This document shows positions 19,642 through 28,534 of a stretch of DNA of 64,000 nucleotides, one piece after another. The stretch comes from an uncultured delta proteobacterium (GTDB taxonomy: Bacteria; Desulfobacterota; Desulfuromonadia; Geobacterales; Geobacteraceae). Each line of letters starts with the position of its first letter. Within the stretch, counting starts at the first letter, position 1. A program made the translations under genes and the position numbers. The stretch covers positions 5,267 through 69,266 of the forward strand of contig CAVVDU010000038.1 of NCBI GenBank assembly GCA_963746935.1. The letters run 5' to 3'. The notes below the pieces were generated by a model. The model did not search any database, was not told the DNA's origin, and saw nothing but the letters and a program-made list of their open reading frames with translations.

Positions 19642-22359
19642 GGTTGGACTTCCTCCGGGTTGTGCGGTGGAGCCGGCGAAAAATAGCCGATAACCAGGAG
19701 CAGAATTCCGACTCCTACAAAGGAAACGATGCGGGCCACGGTTCCAGTGCCGGACAGGTCAACGACAAACAGTTTAACCACCACCAGTGCAAGGAGTCCT
19801 GCACCGGTAAGCCAGACCGTGCGGATTCCCTTTCGTGTGGCGAATACCATGATGCACAGGGCCAGAAAGCTCCAGAAAATGGAAAGTGCAGCCTGAAGAA
19901 GAACCGAATGGTAGAGTGGCAGAATTTGGAAAGGGACTTTGCCCCAGTGATGGATTGTTCTGATGAGCATGCCGTTCAGCCAGATAAAAAGGGTTGCGAA
20001 ATAGATGGAGTAGAATGACCGGCTGACCGGGTAGCGGGAAAAGAAATCCGGAAATGACGCAGCCAGGCGCCGGAACCATACCGGAAGAACGATGGCAATC
20101 AGGGCAAAGGTCAGGTCGAGCGGATTGAGAAACGGAAGGTAGCTGAGCGGTAAAGGATCTCCCGGGGAGCTAACGGTTGCGTACAGGGACCAACTCCAGG
20201 CCGCCAGGGCAATCGGTCCTGCTCCTAGGGACAGATAGTCACTTTCATGTCGTTCCAGCGGCCAGGGGAATCGCACGGTTCGGTTGGCTACAAGCAGTAT
20301 CAGGAGTGCCGGGATCAGTCCCCATGAGATGAGAGGCCAGACAGGAGATCCTGCGATCCAGTGGTCAAGCTGCCAGGCAAGCTCCAGGGACAGGAGGCCG
20401 GCGAGGAGCCAGAGTGTTGCACTGTGGAAGATGGCAAGGATCCTGTTGTGGAGATCTTCGTGACGGTAGAGGATCAGGTAGATACCTGCAAAGGAGAGTG
20501 GCCATCCGGCGATTCCGCCATCGGCAACGGGGTGGAGGTCTTCTGAAACCATTGCCAGTGTGCAGAGAAACATGGCGGGCAGGAGGGCAAGTGCCGGCCA
20601 GGCCATCGCGGGCCAGGCAAGCCGTTTTTCCAGGATGTCGCAACTAAGGGAAGAAGCGGTGAGAAAAACCAGAACTATGCCCATCCGGTAGCCTTCCATT
20701 GCGTGCCGGTCTATTTCGGCAAGGCCGCCGCCAAACCACCAGAGGAGGCCCCATACCAGCAGGAAGACGCCGGCAAGCGATTCCCACGGAAGAATCACTT
20801 CCTTGTGGCGATGAAGGATATAGGCGGAAAAGACACCGGTGAGCGATATGAGTGCCGTGCCCAGGAAAAGCCCGTTGAGCAGCGGAAGAGAGTCTGGCCG
20901 TTCCGTACATGTCCGTGAGAAAAGCAAGGCCTGCACCGAATTGGAGGAGTATGCCGAAGGCACGAGCTGAATGCCGGCGTTGGCGGACTCCGGCCCAGAG
21001 AAGTGCCGCACCTTCGAGAGCCCAGGCAGCTGAGGTCCAGCGTCCGTCAAGGGCGAAGGGGATTGCCATGGTCGCGAAGATGATGCCGAAGGCGAAAAAG
21101 GCTTCCGTGAGCGTGCGCATGAATACGGGTCTTTTCAGGAAAAGAAACCAGGCAAGCGGAAGGTAAAAGAGGCCGAGTCCCAAGGCGCTCCAGGCAAGGC
21201 CGAAGTGGTAGGTTTCCACGATCAGTGCCTGCAGGGCAAAGGCTACGATCGGTGTGCCGAAAACAAGGGTACCGTCCACGTATCCTTTCAGATTCGGAGG
21301 CTGTCTCAGGGCAAAGAGTACTGCAATGAAGGTGTAGATCAGGAAAAACAGGATGAGGAACGGCTCGGTTGTTGCGAAGAATTCCGGGCGGTAATATTTC
21401 CAGCCCCAGGACGTTCCGATGATAAAGGTAAAGGCGAAACCGATCAGGTTGAGGACTCTCCAGGCCCGGAACCATGCGATTCCGGCAATGCCGAGATTCA
21501 GGAGGGCATAATAGCTGAATAATGCGACATGGCTGCCTATGCCCGTTGATGCGAGTACCGGAGCAAGGAAACCTCCCGATGCCCCGAGCACCGCCAGGGA
21601 GCGGGAGTCCTGGAGAACTGCCAGGACTGCGGAGAGCGCGGCCACGGCAACGAGAACGGCAAAGGCGAAAGACGGGGGAATCAGGCCATAGAGACGCAAG
21701 GCGGCAAAGGTTGTCAGATAGAGGATGCCGATGCCGCCTCCCTGGAGTGCGTGGGCATAGGTGTCCCGGCGAATGCGCAGCCGCCAGCCGAGGACCAGGA
21801 GGACAATCCCGGCCAGGGCGGCGCCGGAGAGACGCAACTCAATGGGCAGCAAGGCGTGTTCCGTGGCATATTTGACCAGGAATGAGACACCGACGAAGAG
21901 GATGATCACCCCGGTCTTCACCAGCAGGCTGCCGCCGGCCAGAAAATTCTGTATCGGGGTCAGAATGGCCTGGAAAGGTGAAGGTTGTTGATGGGGGTCC
22001 TGTTCGAGGCGGTGGGGTGTTGCCGAAGGGCTCTCTGACCATTCGGGGGTCCATTCGGGGATGGCAGAGTCGTCTGGAGTGAAACGTTCCTCGAATTGAG
22101 GCGAGTCTTCTGCCTTGAGTCTGTCGGGGAGTGCCTCGCTTACTTCCGCCGGGGTTGGGGCAGGTGTGAAGGACATGCGGGAGCCGCGATCAATTCTTTC
22201 CCGAAGTGACCGTACCTCCTGTTCCAGTGCGGAAAGTCTGTTTCGATAGGAAAGCAGACTCCAGATTGCAAAACCGAAGAGTGCGCCGGCCAGCGCTCCG
22301 GTAAATCCCGCCAGGGCGCTTCCTATGACAGCACCGAGCAGAAGGGCAAAAACTATCAT
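19638..22359 (-). pseudogene. DUF2339-family polytopic membrane protein (~900 aa), frame broken once near 20890-20950 (or sequencing error)
   Basis: Track ORFs 20644..22359 and 19638..21050 overlap in different frames. Both are strings of TM helices up to and from the junction (…LLQFGAGLAF / …PDSLPLLNGLFLGTALISL). The last ~100 aa of the upstream ORF are Arg/Pro-rich out-of-frame junk. The N-terminus has a TM helix plus a coiled coil (LSALEQEVRSLRERI). Confidence 0.7.
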
Positions 22360-22452
22360 TTCTCACCGCCATTTATTGAAATGGTTACTATGAGTCTGCA
22401 GGATCGGCAGAATGCAGAAAATTTTCACAGCCTGTCTGCACCGTATAGCGCT

Positions 22453-22704
22453 TCAGGCCAGATCTCTCCAGCCACGGTCTCTTAACTCTTTCTTCAGTGT
22501 TTGCATCTCCTGTCGCAGTTTCAGGTACTCACTTGGGCTTGGCATTCCCTTTAATTGATAGCGCAGCAGCATATATTCGCCATGCAACTCGGTAAGGCGC
22601 TGCTCGAGTTCGCTGTTGCGTTTGCGCAATGCATCGTTTTCTTTGTGCAGTTCACTCATCTCCGCTTTGATCTTGGCGAAGATGTCAATTTCGACAGTTT
22701 TCAT
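22453..22704 (-). CDS. small coiled-coil protein, unknown function
   Basis: 83 aa with heptad-rich sequence (SELHKENDALRKRNSELEQRLTELHGEY). It lies 93 nt upstream of the DUF2339 gene on the same strand. I recognised no homology. Confidence 0.5.
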   Translation of the reverse strand: MKTVEIDIFAKIKAEMSELHKENDALRKRNSELEQRLTELHGEYMLLRYQLKGMPSPSEYLKLRQEMQTLKKELRDRGWRDLA

Positions 22705-22786
22705 GGGTTTTCACCCCCTAGTGCCGCACGGGGCGCAATTTTAACCTTTATCTACACTCTAGTCAAACCATAAACTTTTGTCAATA

Positions 22787-22814
22787 TTGCTAAGTGAGTA
22801 ATAACTGGTATAAT
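22787..22814 (+). promoter_or_regulatory. sigma70-like promoter candidate for the radical SAM gene
   Basis: TTGCTA (22787-22792), a 16-nt spacer, then consensus TATAAT (22809-22814). The SD gaaaggggg and ATG 22841 follow. Confidence 0.45.
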
Positions 22815-22840
22815 TTCCATAAGTTAGAAAGGGGGTTGCC

Positions 22841-23857
22841 ATGAGGGAGGCTATGTTTTTCGAGAAGTTGGAAGGGCAGAAGGTTCAGTGCGGTCTCTGT
22901 CGATTTCGCTGCCGGATTGCAGACGGCAGCCGGGGGCTCTGCGGTGTCCGGGAAAACAGGGAAGGTGTTCTCTATTCCCTGGTCTACGGAAAATCCGTGG
23001 CGGAACAGGTGGACCCGATCGAGAAAAAACCCCTTTTTCACTTTCTTCCCGGCAGTCTGTCCTATTCCGTTGCCACCATGGGCTGCAACTTTCGCTGCAG
23101 ACACTGTCAAAATTACACCATTTCGCAGCCCCCACGTGAAGACGGGACAATACTGGGAAGACAGCTTATGCCGGATGAAATCGTTGCCAATGCCCTTGCA
23201 GCTGGCTGCCGATCCATTTCCTATACCTATACCGAGCCGACCATATTCTTCGAGTATGCCTATGATACTGCCGTACTGGCACACCGTGAGGGGCTGAAGA
23301 ATATCTTCGTCACCAACGGGTACATAACGGAGGAGGCGCTTTCTTTTCTCAATCCCTATCTTGATGCGGCAAATATCGACCTGAAAGGCTTTACGGATTC
23401 CTTTTACCGGGAGGTTGTCGGTGGGGCGGTACTGGGGGAGGTCCTCGAATCGATCAGGCTTCATAAACGCCTTGGGATCTGGCTTGAAATCACCACCCTG
23501 ATCATTCCTGGTCTTAATGATTCCGATGATGAGTTGGCCTCCATAGCCCGTTTTATTGCCGATGAAGTCGGGTGCGACACTCCCTGGCATGTGAGCAGTT
23601 TTCACCCAACCTATCAAATGACCGATCGTTCATGGACACCTCTCGCAACAGTGCGGAGGGCCCGCCAGATCGGAATTGCCGCGGGACTCCGCTATGTGTA
23701 TGAGGGCAATGTCCCGGGAGAGGCAGGAGAAAGCACCTGCTGCCCAGGATGCAGCATTCCTCTTGTCACACGGCGCGGTTTCCGGGTAGAAGAACTTCTT
23801 GTCCGGGATGGAAAGTGTCCTTCTTGCGGCTTTGCCCTTGATGGTGTGTGGGAGTAA
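22841..23857 (+). CDS. amrS: AmmeMemoRadiSam-system radical SAM enzyme (PFL-activase-like)
   Basis: The N-terminal extra Cys cluster (VQCGLCRFRCRI...GLCGVR), the radical SAM motif CNFRCRHCQN and the C-terminal CPGC...CPSCG match the AmrS family as I know it. Confidence 0.82.
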   Translation: MREAMFFEKLEGQKVQCGLCRFRCRIADGSRGLCGVRENREGVLYSLVYGKSVAEQVDPIEKKPLFHFLPGSLSYSVATMGCNFRCRHCQNYTISQPPREDGTILGRQLMPDEIVANALAAGCRSISYTYTEPTIFFEYAYDTAVLAHREGLKNIFVTNGYITEEALSFLNPYLDAANIDLKGFTDSFYREVVGGAVLGEVLESIRLHKRLGIWLEITTLIIPGLNDSDDELASIARFIADEVGCDTPWHVSSFHPTYQMTDRSWTPLATVRRARQIGIAAGLRYVYEGNVPGEAGESTCCPGCSIPLVTRRGFRVEELLVRDGKCPSCGFALDGVWE

Positions 23858-24235
23858 CTGTCAGTAAAGCTTTCCACCTGTTTCCGTTCTGAAAGGCCCG
23901 TGCTGCGGCCATCGCTTCTATGCCAGACTGATCACTTGGGGTGTTGATGTAGCGGCTACACTGGCAATGAATTTCTCCGTGGTTATATTGTGTGCATTTT
24001 GCAAATGTTCACAGGAAATTTACCCGTTTAAGAGCCTGTTAACAGTTTTATCAACAGCTTCTCAACAGTGATTGTTGAGAGGCTCTTCCAGTGCGGTCTT
24101 GAGATATTGGTAAAGACTCCAGAATAATGGCACTACCAACCGGTATATTTTCGCCTCCCATGATGAGACGTTCCATCACTGTTTCGCGGCAACGAAAGAG
24201 TGTTCTTGCTGCTGGAACACCAGGGTTTATAAAGG

Positions 24236-24949
24236 TTGCCCCACTCTCTTGAAAATGCTATATATTACCTTTGTTTTTATCTCAAATCTGACGAGGTTTG
24301 TTTGAAGGTATCCTTTCTCCGCCGTTTTTGGGTCACGTTCTCTGCACATGTCATCGGCATCTACGCTTCTGTACTGAACCGCTTCACAATCACCGGCGAT
24401 GAGTGTATCCCTACTACCGGAGGCGTTCTTCTCGCGTCCAATCATATCTCTGCGTACGACACGATCTTCCTCCCCTGGGCTATTATTCGCAGATTCCCTT
24501 TCCAGATGGTTTGGGCTCCTGCCAAGGAAGAGCTTTTCGTTAAGCCTCTTCAGCGCTGGATGTACAGTTCGTGGGGTGCCTTCCCCGTACGCAGGAAGCG
24601 GGATGTGCGGGCCGGCAGGGTTCTCAACGATCTTCTTGAAACCCAGAAGGTAATGCTTTTTCCTGAAGGGACCAGGAACCGCCAAGGGATTCTTGGCAAG
24701 GGAAATCGCGGCGTGGGCAAGATCATTTACGATACCCGTCCGGCGGTTATTCCGACAGCCCTTATCGGACTCAATAAGTGGAAATTTCCGGGATTTGGCC
24801 AGAAAGCTCAAGTGGTATTCGGTCCACCGCTGGATTTTTCCGACCTCTTTGAACGTGAAAACTGCAAGGAAACCCATATCCTCATCGTGGAGCGGGTAAT
24901 GGCCGCGATTGCCGACCTCCTGAAGCGTGAAGGAGCCTTTGTTCAGTGA
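24236..24949 (+). CDS. plsC: 1-acyl-sn-glycerol-3-phosphate acyltransferase
   Basis: The acyltransferase motifs NHISAYD (HX4D), FPEGTRN and IPTALIG. The track start at 24236 is a TTG without an SD. TTG 24302 (gacgagg plus 5 nt) is an equally good or better start. Confidence 0.85.
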   Translation: MPHSLENAIYYLCFYLKSDEVCLKVSFLRRFWVTFSAHVIGIYASVLNRFTITGDECIPTTGGVLLASNHISAYDTIFLPWAIIRRFPFQMVWAPAKEELFVKPLQRWMYSSWGAFPVRRKRDVRAGRVLNDLLETQKVMLFPEGTRNRQGILGKGNRGVGKIIYDTRPAVIPTALIGLNKWKFPGFGQKAQVVFGPPLDFSDLFERENCKETHILIVERVMAAIADLLKREGAFVQ

Positions 24950-25392
24950 AAGTCGAAATTTTTTGTGATGGTGCCTGCAGCGGCAACCCTGGGCCCGGAG
25001 GTTTCGGCTGTGTCCTCCGTTCCGGCGGCAAGGAAAAGGAGCTGTCCGGTTCCAACCCCCATACCACCAACAACCGCATGGAAATGATGGCTGCCATCAC
25101 CGCACTGGAGTCGCTGAAGCGTCCCTGTGATGTGGTGCTGACGACCGATTCCCAGTATCTTGTCAAAGGGATGACGGAATGGATTGACGGCTGGCAGAAA
25201 CGCGGATGGAAAAACAGCAAGAAAGAGGACGTCCTGAACCGTGACCTGTGGGAGAGGCTCCTGGAGAATGCCAAGGTACACCGAATCCAGTGGGAATGGA
25301 TTCGCGGCCATAACGGCCATGCGGAAAACGAGCGCTGCGACGAGCTTGCCCGGCAAGCTATCAGTGCCATGCAAAAAAGTGCCGGGAAGTGA
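24946..25392 (+). CDS. rnhA: ribonuclease HI
   Basis: [30 protein letters not shown] and [15 protein letters not shown] (DEDD catalytic residues). The GTG start overlaps the plsC stop. Confidence 0.92.
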   Translation: MKVEIFCDGACSGNPGPGGFGCVLRSGGKEKELSGSNPHTTNNRMEMMAAITALESLKRPCDVVLTTDSQYLVKGMTEWIDGWQKRGWKNSKKEDVLNRDLWERLLENAKVHRIQWEWIRGHNGHAENERCDELARQAISAMQKSAGK

Positions 25393-25399
25393 TGGAACG

Positions 25400-25699
25400 T
25401 TGAGTCAGTTTATTATTGAAGTATCAGAAGATGAGATCCGAAGGGAAAAGGACAAAGGACGCGCGCTCCGAAAGACCCGCTGGTGGAAAAACCGTCTGGC
25501 TCGTGGTCTCTGCCACTACTGTGGCGGCGTATTTCCTCCTTCAGAGTTGACCATGGACCACTTGGTCCCCATTATCCGCGGAGGAAGGAGCACCCAGGGA
25601 AATGTCGTACCTGCCTGCAAGGAATGCAACAGCAAGAAGGGCTATCTGCTTCCTCTGGAGTGGGAGGAATACCTGGACTCTGTGAGGAAAGAACAATGA
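25400..25699 (+). CDS. small stand-alone HNH endonuclease
   Basis: CHYCGG...MDHLVPIIRGG...NVVPACKECNSKK is a complete HNH (His-Me finger) motif. The start is uncertain: TTG 25400 or GTG 25379. The stop overlaps the next ATG (atga). Confidence 0.78.
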   Translation: MSQFIIEVSEDEIRREKDKGRALRKTRWWKNRLARGLCHYCGGVFPPSELTMDHLVPIIRGGRSTQGNVVPACKECNSKKGYLLPLEWEEYLDSVRKEQ

Positions 25700-26361
25700 C
25701 AACGCAGGGGATAAACGGCTATACGACGGTGATCTATGACTGTGACGGCGTCATGTTCGAGTCTTTTGAGGCAAACTTCGCCTTTTACACGAAAGTCCTC
25801 GAGAAGTTTGGCAAACCGCCGCTCGACAGGAACAGCGCGGAGGCCATGCACCTTCTCCACACCTATTCCAGCAAGGATGTCCTTGCGCGGTTCTTTGCCG
25901 GCGATCCCCGTGAAGAGGCGGCACTCAGTTTTGCCGCATCCATTGATTACCGGGAACTTCTTCCATTCATGCATATGGAGGAAGAGCTCGTGGAGACACT
26001 CCAGGCCTTGAGCAGCAGGGTTAACCTGGCCGTTTGCACCAATCGGTCGAATTCGATGGAATCGCTCCTGGATGATTTTGGCCTGACGACGTATTTCGGG
26101 TATGTCATGACCGCGGCGAAGGTGAAAAACCCGAAACCTCACCCCGAACCGCTGTTGAAGATTCTCGAGCACTTCCAGATCTCTCCGAAGGAGGCGCTCT
26201 TTGTGGGTGATTCGGAGCTTGATCAGAGATCCGCCGAGGCTGCCGGGGTGCCCTTTGTTTCTTACAAGTCTAACCTCCCCGGTTTTGCACGAATCGAGCA
26301 CCATTCAGAAATCCTGGCGCTCCTAGAAACCGGAAATCCGTCCGTGAATATGCAGCCATGA
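25696..26361 (+). CDS. HAD-superfamily phosphatase (PGP/beta-PGM-like subfamily IA)
   Basis: Motif I is IYDCDGVMFES, motif II is CTNRS, and motifs III/IV are KPHPEP...FVGDSELD. Confidence 0.8.
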   Translation: MTTQGINGYTTVIYDCDGVMFESFEANFAFYTKVLEKFGKPPLDRNSAEAMHLLHTYSSKDVLARFFAGDPREEAALSFAASIDYRELLPFMHMEEELVETLQALSSRVNLAVCTNRSNSMESLLDDFGLTTYFGYVMTAAKVKNPKPHPEPLLKILEHFQISPKEALFVGDSELDQRSAEAAGVPFVSYKSNLPGFARIEHHSEILALLETGNPSVNMQP

Positions 26362-26483
26362 CACCTGTCGGCAACAAGAAACTGCGTTGGGAATAAACCT
26401 TTCCTGGGGTATGCTGTCATAACTGTCCTGATTAGCATGAATCTTCTGCCAGGTCCCCAAACTGTCCTTCCTGAAGTGGTTCT

Positions 26484-26546
26484 GAGCGGGAATCCAGATA
26501 TGACGATGTAAAATATGGATTCCCGGTAAAGTCATTCGAGGATGAC
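26484..26546. repeat. REP-like inverted repeat of the CGGGAATCCAG/CTGGATTCCCG family
   Basis: gagcgggaatccag (26484-26497) and tggattcccg (26516-26525) are inverted copies. They are followed by a short hairpin gtcat-tcgagg-atgac. The same core occurs at 34872-34898. Confidence 0.45.
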
Positions 26547-26618
26547 AATCTTAATGGCGGAAAAATAGAGCTATTCAGAAAAAACGATGATGATCTTCAT
26601 CAGATAATAGAGGAAAAA

Positions 26619-27494
26619 ATGATAAAAAGCATGACCGGGTACGGCAAGGCCGAATCATCACTTGAACAAGGGAAAATTACTGTTGAGATGCGAGCGGTGA
26701 ATCATCGCTACGGGGAGATTTCGGTTAAACTTCCCCGATCGCTGGTCTGCTTCGAGAATGATGTGCGTAAAGTCGTTTCCGGGCGATTGAAAAGAGGCAA
26801 AATAGATATTTTTATCCAGCTGGATACCATAGCCGCCGGCAGGCCTCCGGTAGTCAATACTTCCCTGGCGCGCGATTATTATACAGCGTTTTCCGCTTTG
26901 AGTGAGGAGCTTGGTATACGTGAGCCGATTACCCTGTCGCTGATTATTTCCCAGAAAGATGTGCTGGCTGTAGCGGAAAATGATCTGGAAGCGGAAGATA
27001 TGCGCGAGGAACTTCTGGCCGTTGTAGAAAGTGCGGTTGATGCCATGGAAACTATGCGGCTCAGGGAAGGTCAGGAATTGATCGAAGATCTTCGGACAAG
27101 ACGGGGGTATCTGACACGATGTATTGATGGCATTTCCCGCCGGGCGTCTCTTGTTCCTGCCGAGTATGCTGAAAAGCTTTCGCAGCGCCTTGCGCAGTTT
27201 GAAATGAAAAACATGCCCGACGAGGCCAGAATAGCGCAGGAAGTGGTTCTGATGGCGGACCGCTGTGACATTACCGAGGAACTGGTGCGCTTTGCCAGCC
27301 ACCTGGTGCAATTTGATGTCGCGCTGGAATCTGCTGAACCGGTTGGGCGAAAACTGGACTTTCTCCTTCAGGAGCTTGGGAGAGAAGTTAATACCATTGG
27401 CTCCAAGGCAAATGATAGTGAAATTGCCTCCTGCGTCGTTGAGTTGAAGGCGGAGCTGGAAAAAATCCGCGAACAGGTGCAGAATATCGAGTAA
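26619..27494 (+). CDS. yicC: YicC-family stress-induced protein
   Basis: It has the MIKSMTGYGKAE N-terminus and a C-terminal DITEELVRF...HL and GREVNTIGSKAND signature. It occupies the canonical yicC-gmk-rpoZ position. Confidence 0.85.
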   Translation: MIKSMTGYGKAESSLEQGKITVEMRAVNHRYGEISVKLPRSLVCFENDVRKVVSGRLKRGKIDIFIQLDTIAAGRPPVVNTSLARDYYTAFSALSEELGIREPITLSLIISQKDVLAVAENDLEAEDMREELLAVVESAVDAMETMRLREGQELIEDLRTRRGYLTRCIDGISRRASLVPAEYAEKLSQRLAQFEMKNMPDEARIAQEVVLMADRCDITEELVRFASHLVQFDVALESAEPVGRKLDFLLQELGREVNTIGSKANDSEIASCVVELKAELEKIREQVQNIE

Positions 27495-27546
27495 CCGGAC
27501 CGGGCACTTTTTCATGGCCCGGAAGGAAACGAAAAGAGGAATGTGC

Positions 27547-28158
27547 ATGAAACAAGACGGTCTTCTCTATATCGTCTCTGCTCCCTCCGGTGCGGGGAAA
27601 ACCTCCTTGTGTAATGAGTTAATTGACATTTTTCCCAACTTGCGGCATTCTGTGAGCTATACGACGCGCACCCCACGGACAGGTGAGACGGATGGCGTGG
27701 ATTATTTTTTTGTCTCCCGCGAAGAGTTCAAAAGGATGTCTGCTGCGGGCGAATTTGCCGAGTGGGCGGAGGTGCATGGCAATCTCTACGGCACAGCTGT
27801 AAGGACGCTTGAAGACTACTGCTCACAGGGTACTCATGTAATTCTCGATATTGACTGTCAGGGCGCTCGACAGCTGAAATCATGCTATCGTGACGCCGTG
27901 TATATTTTTATCCTGCCACCAAGTTTTGAAGAGTTGCGGAAAAGGCTTGAGGGCCGAAATACCGACACTCAGGATGTTATCGAGCGGCGCATGCGTGTGG
28001 CAATGGACGAGGTGAAAGAATCTTCCTGGTATGATTACCTCGTTTTCAATGATGACTTCCCCCGTGCCCTTGAGAAGTTGAAGTCGATAATCATAGCAGA
28101 GCAATGCAGGACGGAGAGGGTTGTGAAAACCGTATCCGAGACTTATACTATCATATAA
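27547..28158 (+). CDS. gmk: guanylate kinase
   Basis: The P-loop SAPSGAGKTSL, plus YTTRTPRTGETDGVDYFF. The start is at ATG 27547, with agagga 6 nt upstream. Confidence 0.93.
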   Translation: MKQDGLLYIVSAPSGAGKTSLCNELIDIFPNLRHSVSYTTRTPRTGETDGVDYFFVSREEFKRMSAAGEFAEWAEVHGNLYGTAVRTLEDYCSQGTHVILDIDCQGARQLKSCYRDAVYIFILPPSFEELRKRLEGRNTDTQDVIERRMRVAMDEVKESSWYDYLVFNDDFPRALEKLKSIIIAEQCRTERVVKTVSETYTII

Positions 28159-28216
28159 TTCAAATTGACGCGTTCCATGCGTCTTCGCACACCTGGTGTG
28201 AAAGGAGTACCATCCC

Positions 28217-28426
28217 ATGGCAAGGGTTACCGTAGAAGATTGTCTGAAAGAAGTTAACAACAGGTTTTTGCTCGTTATGCTGGCCTCGAAAAGGGTCAAG
28301 CAGCTTTTTAAGGGATCAACCCCACTGATTGAGAATAAGGCTGACAACAAAAATGTGGTTATTGCGCTCCGTGAGGTCGCTTCCGGACGGCTTCAATTCC
28401 AGGTGACATCCCGCAAGGGTCGCTAA
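28217..28426 (+). CDS. rpoZ: DNA-directed RNA polymerase subunit omega
   Basis: [10 protein letters not shown]...[16 protein letters not shown] is the RpoZ signature. Confidence 0.9.
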   Translation: MARVTVEDCLKEVNNRFLLVMLASKRVKQLFKGSTPLIENKADNKNVVIALREVASGRLQFQVTSRKGR

Positions 28427-28534
28427 TTCCACTCTGCCAAGGGGGCGGGGCCGAGAGGCGCCGCCCTTCTTGGATCTGCCGTATTCCCATCAGTTCATTT
28501 CACCTTCGCAATTTCCGCACCCGGCTCAGCTTCT

